From Diplonema japonicum (taxonomy: Eukaryota > Protista > Euglenozoa: Diplonemea): 64,000 bases of DNA. Positions within the stretch are counted from its first letter, which is position 1. Each line of letters opens with the position of its first letter. The notes under the pieces are model-generated. The model was not told the origin of the DNA, did no database searches, and saw only the letters and a program-made list of their open reading frames with translations. Positions 10,523 to 19,427 of the stretch are shown here, in pieces. The position numbers were made by a program, and so were the translations under genes. The stretch covers positions 558,001-622,000 of the forward strand of contig OZ025676.1 of assembly GCA_964019335.1 (NCBI GenBank). Direction: 5' to 3'.

Positions 10523-11657
10523 TCAACGCCCGAACAGTTCAGGAAAATCCTTCATGTCGGCCTGGTTATATAAAAAAAAAATCTTTTTATAAAAAAAAAA
10601 AAAAAAAAACACATACCTCACTAAACCCAACAACATTAGGGCTGTCACCCCCCACAAGCTCGCCCTCTTCTTCGTCCTCAACATCCCAATCTGCCTCCTC
10701 CCAATCATCTGTATCTTGCTGCAAACTGAAAAGAGAAGTAGGGCTATTAGTTAGGCAAAAACCCTTTTCGCAAGAAGATGTAGAAGAAGAAGAAGATGTG
10801 GAGGAATCATCATCATTATCACTATTGTAGCAGAGGAGATCGACATCTTCTGCCTCGTGCAAAGCGGCGGTGATGACGACAATAAAAGCGGCAGCAACAG
10901 CACCCTGACTGTGCACGGGAAGCACCGAAACAGAGAGCTGCTGAATAGATGGAAGACGTGGGAGATAAGACGGCTCGCAATAAGAAATATTCCACTCGAA
11001 CCCACACGAGGCAGTATGCTTGTGAGGCACCATGACACCGTCTTCATAAACAATTTGGCATCTGACAGACAGAGAAGTGGGAGTTGCAATGAGATACGTC
11101 GGCTCAACACAAGAAAGGTACCTCTCGAGCTTGCCAACCTGCCTGAGAGGCGGTTCGTAAAAATTAGCAGGAAGCCCATCATCATCCCAACACACAATAC
11201 GCACTGTTGTAATGGGTTCTGTGCTGGCACAGAGGCCTTTGACAGTGACCTTGTCACATGTTTTGAAACCAGAGCTCTGCGCGGTCTTGTGAAGCCATGA
11301 TGGAGCTCCGTCTTCGATTCCAATAATCGGCTGCCTTTCAATGCAGGATATGTACTCCAAAGGGGCACGGCACGTGCGGTTACGATAGGTGTTGAGCTGC
11401 AGCTCTTTTTCGTACCTGTCCAGCACATGGGCCACATACCAGCTGTCACCCTGTCTGTACCACCATGGAGTGAGGGAGCCCGACATGGGGCTGCTGTCCT
11501 CTCGCGAAGATCCTTCGTCCGCAAAGCTGTCGACCGACCCCGTGTAATGACGGTCCAACCCGTGATGCTGATGATGATGTTGCTGTTGACACACTTTGAT
11601 CGCAATATCTTCCGTCTTTTGAACCGGCTGAGAACACTCCATGATAGCTACGCCCAT
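10523..11657 (-). CDS. Hypothetical protein with acidic C-terminus; intron 10562-10616
   Basis: Long ORF from MGVAIMEC; a GTATGT...CCAG intron leads to terminal exon ADMKDFPELFGR*. No family recognised. Confidence 0.7.
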
Positions 11658-11782
11658 TATTATTTTTTTTTGTCTTTTTAGAGAGAAAAAAAAAAGAAAA
11701 GGGTGAGGGAGAAAAAAAAAAGGGGGTGGAAAGGGTCTGCGGGGTTTGGGTAAAACAAGAAAAGATCCCAACTGGACGATGG

Positions 11783-12005
11783 ATGGCTTGAGCATCATCC
11801 ATTTTCGGGGCCGGTTCATTCGGCAGGTGAGTTGTTACACACTCATTATCGGATGCCGACTTCCATGGCCACCGTCCTGCTGTCTAGATGAACCGACACC
11901 CTTTGTGGGATCTGATGAGCGACCACTCGGACACCTTAAGTCAGCTCTCGGTTCATTCGGCAGGTGAGTTGTTACACGCTCATTATCGGAGCCGACTTCC
12001 ATGGC
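11783..12005 (-). pseudogene. 28S/LSU rRNA fragment (H41-H44, GTPase-associated centre) with internal partial duplication
   Basis: Minus strand CGCTCATCAGA...AGACAGCAGGACGGTGGCCATGGAAGTCGG...GAGTGTGTAACAACTCACCTGCCGAATGAAC...GAAAATGGATG matches the conserved eukaryotic LSU sequence; no flanking rDNA. Confidence 0.93.
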
Positions 12006-12839
12006 GTTGTTGTTATGAGCAGTGATCGAGGATTGAGGGCATTAACACCACCGGGAAAGCATTGCATAACAAAAAAAATAACAAAAAAAAAATAAATAAC
12101 GTGATGGGGGGTGAAGAAGAAGAAAAAAAAATGAAAAGGGGATGGAGCGTGGAGGAAGGGGGGTGGACGAAACGTAAAAAAAAAAGGGGGGAGGGGAAAG
12201 AGTGTGTGGTATAAATAAAAAAAAGTAAGGTAAATTTGGCTAGAAAAGGGAATTCGCTTTCATTTCCTTTTTGACTAACGGAGGAAAGGGACGAAAACAC
12301 CGTCTATTCATGAGTTATTTACAGAAAAAGAAAGGAGAAGGAGAATAAAATGTGTTTTTTCCCTTCTTTTTTTTTAAAGAGAAAGGGGAATGTGGACTGC
12401 ACCATTTCAGATCCCATCGCAAGCAGTGATCGGAAAATTTGTGAAAATAGAACCCTCCCCTCAACCTCCCGTAAAAACCCCCTTCAAATTTTCCGAACAC
12501 TTTCGCAAGGGAGCAGTGAAAAGTATGCTGTTACATTGACCTTTTTTTCTTCTTCTTTTTTTTTTTTCCCGTAATCTTCTCTTTTCCCTCCTTACCCTTT
12601 CCTTTTCGTCTTCAAAGACCCTCACCCCTCTTACCAGCAAACAAAACAAAGAGACACGGACAACGGATTTTTTTTTCTTCACGAAAAAAATGATTTGAGC
12701 CACACTTTTCTTTTTTTTTTTTCTTCTTCTAAAAAAAAAAAAAAACCCCGGACAACCCATACTACCCTTATTTTTCACCCCCCCTGGGTCCCCCCTTTTT
12801 TCTTTTTGCAAATATGTGTGTAAACTCTCCCTCTCATTA

Positions 12840-13061
12840 TCACGAATCGCCTTCCGCGCTTAAAATTTCATCCAGCACAAGGTTGAACACGGCTTCAATG
12901 TTTTCAGCCTTTTTTTTTTATTTATTTTTTTTTTTTATTTTAGAATTGATATCTCCCATACATTCTTCGCAGAACATTCCATAAAAGGAAACCCCCACGA
13001 CGATGCGAGTTGCTGCCCCTCTTCGTGTGATACCTGCGTCATTTTTTTTTGTCCCTCTCCC

Positions 13062-13093
<32 letters not shown>

Positions 13094-13756
13094 TCTTTCA
13101 GACTCCGGAAGATCCGACTTGTTCCCAACAAGCACGAGAACCACACCATCGAGGATGTTGCAGTCCTGTATTCTGTCGTAGATAGACTTGACCATCTCAA
13201 AGCTGTGGTAGTCGTTGATGGAGTAGAGGATGATGTAGCCGTGGGTACCGATGGAATACTGGGGCTGGAACATCGAGCATTCGTCCTGCCCTGCTGTGTC
13301 AAGAATGGAGAGGAGGTATTGGTTGTTCCCGTGCCGCATTTTCCGTTGGTAGGTGTGATTGATGGTAGGGTTGTAGTACGGTGAGAACCTGTCTTCTACG
13401 AACTGCACGCAGATGGCGCTCTTCCCCACCCACGATTTACCTAGTACGCAGATCTTCCTTTGCTTGATCACCGGTTCTTTCTTGTCTGACACATGTGGCG
13501 TGGCGGCAGCGCCCTGGTCTAATTGTTTTGCGCACGTTCTGCACACCCTTTGGCTCTCACCCCCGTACCCCATCTCTTGTCCGAGCACTCTTTTCTCATT
13601 GCTGCACTTGTTGCAAAACACCCCACCGCAGTGCCTGCAATGATGTCTTCTGTTGAAGAATGAAAACTCCGCCTTGCACTCCTCGCAAGTGGACGCTTCG
13701 CTGTCGGGAATCCACCTCGGGCGGTGCGTCCCGCTCGCCGATGCCTCTTCGGACAT
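12840..13756 (-). CDS. RHEB: FYVE-domain Rheb GTPase without CaaX; introns 13034-13090 and 12909-12961
   Basis: WIPD..C..C..RRHHCRHCG..RVC FYVE; GKSWVGKS, YNPTINHTY, DTAGQDECS, NKSD, CSAK; last exon AENIEAVFNLVLDEILSAEGDS*. Confidence 0.9.
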
Positions 13757-13861
13757 CTTGTGGATGCTTGAACCCCACCCTTTTTTTGTTGCATATTGTT
13801 TTTTTTTTCTTAACTAATAAGAAAAGGGGAAAAAAAAGGGGGGGTGTAGTTAGACCAATTT

Positions 13862-14509
13862 TCACAAGCCCAGGTTAGAGTTGAGCTCCGTAATATCCTT
13901 CACACCCTTGTTGAGAGTCTTCTCAAGCACCGCCTGTGCTTCTTTCAACGTGAGGTTGAACTCCATGTACTTGGCACGGCGCTGCAGGGTCAGCTTCGCC
14001 GTGAGGCGCAGGAGGGATGCTGCTACATGGTGGGGGTCGAGGTGCCACGAAGGTGATGGGGTGGGCAACGGTTGCGGTGCAGCAGCCGGAGTCAAGATGT
14101 GCAGACTGATAAGAGCAGCACGGTAGACATTGATGGCAGCTGCAAAGACGGGGAAGCCAAGTGTGGCATCAGATTCAGCACGCAGCGCACGTACCGATCG
14201 ACAGATGTCACCGAATACCTGTTTCTCACTTTCTGCCAAGTACACAAACCACTTCAAGGTGCCCACACCACCCCCTCTGAAATCTGTCATGGGGTCCTGG
14301 CCCTGGAACCCCCACCTCTTCCAACCCATTCCAACTCTCTCGTACTCCACCCCATCATTGTACACATCCACACCATCTTGCATTGCAGCCCACAGCCGCT
14401 TCAGCAGCACTTCGTCACCCTCCACAAGAGCCCGCCCCACATCTGCTTGTATCTCCCTTGCCCTTGCCTCCTCCTCAGCAATAGGGTTCCGCGATGCAGT
14501 GCCTCCCAT
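13862..14509 (-). CDS. ELMO/CED-12 domain (ELMOD) protein
   Basis: WKRWGFQGQDPMTDFRGGG, FPVFAAAINV, YMEFN; MG start suggests possible myristoylation. Confidence 0.9.
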   Translation of the reverse strand: MGGTASRNPIAEEEARAREIQADVGRALVEGDEVLLKRLWAAMQDGVDVYNDGVEYERVGMGWKRWGFQGQDPMTDFRGGGVGTLKWFVYLAESEKQVFGDICRSVRALRAESDATLGFPVFAAAINVYRAALISLHILTPAAAPQPLPTPSPSWHLDPHHVAASLLRLTAKLTLQRRAKYMEFNLTLKEAQAVLEKTLNKGVKDITELNSNLGL

Positions 14510-14643
14510 GGAAGTCTGTTGGGGTCTGTTCCTGAAATTAAAATACAAACACTACCAAAGAATTTTTTAAAGAATGGACCGGGGGGTGAGTGAGAGGCAG
14601 GAAACGTTCACGCTGTATGCCGCATGCAGGGTGGTGCATGCAT

Positions 14644-15666
14644 CTAGAGCTTGGAGGAGGTGCCGTCCATGGTAATGCAGCACTTACCGATCACTTTCCT
14701 GTCAGCCATGAGAGTGAAAGCATCCTTCGCCTGGTCAAGAGGAAACTCTGATGTGACCATGGGCTTGAGCTTGCCTTTGGCGGCAAGGTCAAGAAGATGG
14801 GTGAAGAGTTCCTTGCGGAGTTCAGGCTGCAGGGCAAGCTGGTGCCCCATGCGAACGCCCACGAGATCGAAACCCTTGATCAGCGCCATGTTAACAGGCA
14901 GCTTGGGTATGCGCCCCATAGCAAAACCCACAACAAGGAGACGGGCATACCCGCCAGTGGCCACGCACCTCACACACTTGTCAAAGACGTCGCCCCCTAC
15001 AGGCTCATAGATCACGTCGCACATCTTCCCCTTCGTGATCTTAGAAACTGCCTTCTTCAAGTCCTCTTTGCCGTAGTTGATTGTGTAGTCCGCGCCTGCC
15101 TGCTTGCACACTTCAAGCTTATCGTCGGAACTTGCGGCGGCGATCACTTTTGCACCCAGCACTTTGCCCAGCTGCACCGCGGCCAGCCCCATCCCTCCGC
15201 CAGCACCAGTCACCAAAAGCCACTCACCAGCCTTGAGATGCCCCCTGTGCACCAGGGCATGGTAGCCAGTGGCATAACCCATCAAGAAACCGGCACCCTG
15301 ACTGTAAGTAAGCGTATCAGGCAGGGGCATAAGCTCGCGACCCTTCCCCACCCACTCCTCCTGGCAGGTTCCCTCCGTCATAGATGAGAAGAACACTCTG
15401 TCGCCCTTCTTCCACTGCGAGCACACACTCTCTTCCACAACACCGGCTGCCTCAGTGCAGAGCACAAAAGGCATCTTTGGCTTGAACTGGTACTTATTTT
15501 GAAGCATCAGCAGCTCAGGGAAGTTCAGCGACGAAGACTTCACCGCCACCCTTACCTCACCTGCCTTCAATGGCTGCCTCTCCCTTGTCACCACTTCCAT
15601 AGCTGCAATCCCAGAGTAGGGATCCGGCTTGATTTCCTTGCACATCAACGCGCGAAACCCAGTCAT
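14644..15666 (-). CDS. NADPH:quinone oxidoreductase (MDR/zeta-crystallin family)
   Basis: LNFPELL...KYQFKP.MPFVL, LLVTGAGGGMGLAAVQL, DVIYEPVGG, LLVVGFA. Confidence 0.92.
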   Translation of the reverse strand: MTGFRALMCKEIKPDPYSGIAAMEVVTRERQPLKAGEVRVAVKSSSLNFPELLMLQNKYQFKPKMPFVLCTEAAGVVEESVCSQWKKGDRVFFSSMTEGTCQEEWVGKGRELMPLPDTLTYSQGAGFLMGYATGYHALVHRGHLKAGEWLLVTGAGGGMGLAAVQLGKVLGAKVIAAASSDDKLEVCKQAGADYTINYGKEDLKKAVSKITKGKMCDVIYEPVGGDVFDKCVRCVATGGYARLLVVGFAMGRIPKLPVNMALIKGFDLVGVRMGHQLALQPELRKELFTHLLDLAAKGKLKPMVTSEFPLDQAKDAFTLMADRKVIGKCCITMDGTSSKL

Positions 15667-15847
15667 TTTGTGGCTGAAGGGCTTGTAAAAATACATAAAA
15701 GCTAGTGATAATAAAACAAACACTTAACATACTCTGTACATTAGAAGACAGAGCGACGTTGGGATGGCTTTGTACTCGCTGCTGTGTTATTGGATTTCAA
15801 GTATATCTTATCTTGATTTAAAATCTGTCATAACACTTGTGGGGGCT

Positions 15848-17484
15848 TTGTACTTTGCTGTTGTATAATTTGGTTTTCAAGTATATTTTCATCTTGATTA
15901 AAAATGTGTGTTAACACTTGGGAGCTTCTCGTGTTGTTGTGGATCGGTACCTCCTGACCACTCTGCCGCGTGGGGAAGTCCTCGAAGCTGCACAATTTCA
16001 GCATTTGCGGAAGAGGCAATACGCCGAGGCGGTGGGTTCAATCATGAGGGTGGTGACGACCATGTGGTAGGTTGGGACAATGACGAAGAGCAGGGCCCCC
16101 AGAACATGGAAGACGAGGGTGAGAAGGGATTCCTTGTGGAAGGGCCAGAGGAAGCGTGTGCGGTCGCCGAAGAGGCGCATGAGGACGAACCCCACGAGGG
16201 CTGGTCCCACAACGAGGTTCAGCCCCAAGAGGCGGGGGTCGATGTGTGGTCCGTAGATGGCTCCCTCGTAGAGGGCGTGCAGGGAGGCGATCGTGTAGGC
16301 CCAGAAGAGAATGTGGTCGGGGCTCGTTGGGTAGAAGTTCAGGAGCCCCTTGTCGATCTGGAGGTACTTTGAGGAGACAGGGACAACATCCTCCTCCTCC
16401 TCATCCTCTTTCTTCGTCTTCTTCTTGTTGTTGTTGTCCACTCCCGTGCCCCCTTCTCCCTTGTACTCCTCCGACACCCCGAGCTTCTCACGGAAGGTCC
16501 CAAATACGCAGTCCAGACAGTACTGCGGGCCTCCGTAGTTGCACTCGAACTTCGCGTGGTGCAGGTAGTGGTACTGGTCTGCCTGCCAGTGGTCCTCCCA
16601 ACCCGAGTGTCCCGCTGCGGGGGCGAGGTTCAGGTGCCACCCGTTCCAGTGGAAGACAAAGGGCGACATCTTGAAGTACAGGCTCACCGCCACCGCAGAG
16701 TAGTAGTAGACGTGCTCCAAGGGGTGCATCGAGAGCCCTGCAAAGGGTTCGATGTCGATGTTCCTGTGGTGCAGGGAGTGCACGTACTTGTACAGGGCGC
16801 GGTAGTGGATCGTGCGGTGCGCGAAGTAGAAGTGGAAGTCCCTGTACAGGGGGATCGCTAGTACCCACATCACATTCCAAAGGAAGGTTGTGAGGGCTGT
16901 TGTGCTGTTGTCGTTGTTATAACCCATCGTCGTCCACCACGAGAACCACGCCTCCTCATCCGTGTCGTATGGGACCCTCCCCTCCGCGAGCAGGTGGTAG
17001 TACGCCATCTCCCAGGCACTCCACTGTAGAGCCCCCAGCGTCGTGTACCACACGTTCTGCACCATCGTCGCGAGGGAAGGGTAGCTGTGCGGGGCATACT
17101 TCCGCCTGCTCAGAAAGTGCGACACGAAGTGCCACCACCCGAAGTACAGGTAGATCACCAGCGTGTTCACCCCACACCGCCTCGCGAACCACGCCCCGTC
17201 CCACCGCCCCGCCGCCTCCATGTCGTACGGCGCCAGCACGTACAGCGCAGCAGACAGCAGCAGCCACATCAGGTTCGGCGTCATCAAGATGGTCCGCACC
17301 ACGTTCCAGGGCTGAAAGAACAGCTGCCCGGACATGCTCGTCTCCCCGGGGCGCTTCTTCAGGTCCACCCACCCAGCAGGGCGGAAGATGCTTCCCCCTG
17401 ACAAGCCTCCGAGAGACAACAGGAACGACATGGTGGCTTTTCTTGTTCAACTGGCTGAAGAACTGACGGGGGGGTTGCAAGGCA
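15848..17484. repeat. ~1.64 kb direct repeat, copy B
   Basis: Matches 6309-7946. Confidence 0.95.
15998..17431 (-). CDS. Sterol desaturase / fatty-acid hydroxylase family protein, copy 2
   Basis: Protein identical to 6459-7892. Confidence 0.9.
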   Translation of the reverse strand: MSFLLSLGGLSGGSIFRPAGWVDLKKRPGETSMSGQLFFQPWNVVRTILMTPNLMWLLLSAALYVLAPYDMEAAGRWDGAWFARRCGVNTLVIYLYFGWWHFVSHFLSRRKYAPHSYPSLATMVQNVWYTTLGALQWSAWEMAYYHLLAEGRVPYDTDEEAWFSWWTTMGYNNDNSTTALTTFLWNVMWVLAIPLYRDFHFYFAHRTIHYRALYKYVHSLHHRNIDIEPFAGLSMHPLEHVYYYSAVAVSLYFKMSPFVFHWNGWHLNLAPAAGHSGWEDHWQADQYHYLHHAKFECNYGGPQYCLDCVFGTFREKLGVSEEYKGEGGTGVDNNNKKKTKKEDEEEEDVVPVSSKYLQIDKGLLNFYPTSPDHILFWAYTIASLHALYEGAIYGPHIDPRLLGLNLVVGPALVGFVLMRLFGDRTRFLWPFHKESLLTLVFHVLGALLFVIVPTYHMVVTTLMIEPTASAYCLFRKC

Positions 17485-18698
17485 GTTGTATGAATGAGCG
17501 TATTTTTTTGAACAGAACAGAAAGGACAGAAAGAAATAATGCGGGAAATGTGAACAGAAGAGCGGAAGGAAATGGGGAGAGGGTAGGGATGGGAGATGGG
17601 CACAAGTGGGTGTCGCTTACACGTTTAGCCATAAAATGGGCATGTGCAACAGCGCTGCCAAACGAGTCCTTAAGTACTGATATGACTTGTTATCAAAAGA
17701 AGATAAAACAAGAGAGAAAAAAGAAGGGAACAGAGGGAGTTGTTGCATTAATGGCATTTCTTCATTTTTTAAAATAAAAAAGAAGAATATTCTTCATTTT
17801 TCTCCCCTCCTCTTGTTTTTTTTTTTTTTTCTTTTTTTTTTTTGCTCTATTCCGACCTAAGAATGAGCATTGTAGAATTGCTACCTCAGCAGAATTAAAG
17901 ACTCGGGGACGGAACGGGCTAGATCTTCCGTACACCAAATAAGGACAGGGATTTTTTTTTATTATTCGTGCACAAAAAGGAGAAGGGATCATAATTCAAA
18001 TAAACAAATAAAAAAAAAAAAACATTTAAAATAAAATGAGAAAAAATCGCAGGTTTTGGTAAAGGAGACACCCACCCGAGACTTAAAAAAATGAGAAAAG
18101 AGAAAAAGAGCTGGGGGAAAAAAAAAATGGGGGAAAATAGGATAATAGATTGGAACTGTCCGCCCGCTTCTCTTTGGAGTTATTGCTATCTCCCTTCTCT
18201 TTTAACTACGTTCAGCTTGCTTTCGAGCAAATATGTCTTTTTTTTTTTTTTTTTTTTTTTTCCCTCTTTTTTTTTCTTTTTTTGTTTCGTTCTGAAAGAT
18301 AAATGGTATCAATTCCCTTCCTTCATACTAAAGGAGTGGAATAAGGGGGAGGGGGAGAGGAGAAAAAAAAAATTGCGCCAAAAGAAAAAGTATCACACCG
18401 TTAACCTCAAGGCGAATACCTTTGGTTGGGTAGTTTTAAAAAAACAAAGTATTATCTCACTTACAGTAACTCTTTTGGATGAAAATTTTCCCTCAGAAGT
18501 GGAATACTTGGTGAATAAATTTCTTGGTTTACAGCTAAAGCAGGTGGGGGAGGGGGGGAAATCGAAGACTAAAAATTTGTTTTTCTTTTCTTTTCTTTAT
18601 AATTCAATTGAGAGAAAAAAAAACAACAGGACATTTTTTTTCTCTCTTATCTTCTTGGAGTACGGACAAAAAAAAGCACAAAAATTGAGTTAAAGAGT

Positions 18699-18734
<36 letters not shown>

Positions 18735-18752
18735 AATTTCTAAGAAGAAAAT

Positions 18753-18786
<34 letters not shown>

Positions 18787-18802
18787 CCGTCGCATTCTTC
18801 TC

Positions 18803-19306
18803 CTACTCATCACAGGACATTTCCTCAGAGGAGTCATCGTTGTGAACATCAGAACACATGCGCTCCAAAATTGCAACAACTTCAGAAGGGTACGTAGGGT
18901 ACTTCTTTGCGTAGGCAGCCGCCACCTCCAAGGGAGTGCTCCACAACTCGTTGTAAATGTGGTGCAGAGGAGTGCTGAGGGCCTCTAAGTGCTTCTCGAA
19001 CTGGGGCAGTGTCTCTGGAGTGACCCTGCGGAGTACGTCGAAAATCCAATGGCAGTAGACAAACGACTCCTCCCCATCTATATCCATAAGCACATATTCG
19101 CCATGCGGGATAACATCCAGAATCACCTCGCAAACAACACCCTTGGGGTACTCTTCGAAGCCCGTAATCCTGTTGAAAACACCACCCTGTCCCTTCTCCC
19201 TGCACTTCACAACGTAGCTCCCAGGGAGGTAACGCTTCCCCCACGCTTTCGTTGCGATCTGCTCAGGCCTCTGCACGGTGAAGTGTTCCGGGATCATGGA
19301 GCTCAT
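18803..19306 (-). CDS. Hypothetical protein
   Basis: 167-aa ORF with coding-like composition on the cluster strand, preceded by a pyrimidine tract. Confidence 0.7.
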   Translation of the reverse strand: MSSMIPEHFTVQRPEQIATKAWGKRYLPGSYVVKCREKGQGGVFNRITGFEEYPKGVVCEVILDVIPHGEYVLMDIDGEESFVYCHWIFDVLRRVTPETLPQFEKHLEALSTPLHHIYNELWSTPLEVAAAYAKKYPTYPSEVVAILERMCSDVHNDDSSEEMSCDE

Positions 19307-19427
19307 TATACGATGTGTTGTGTTAAACTGTATACATTACCGACAGCTTGAAAGGAGAAAAGAGAAAGAGAGGTAATCATACAACTTTAAGAGGAAAATA
19401 AAAGAAATGAGGGAGCGGAGTAAGGAC

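Noticed and set aside
11912-11918. CTGATGA hammerhead core
   Set aside because: It is the antisense of rRNA CUCAUCAG within the LSU fragment; no matching GAAA or stems.
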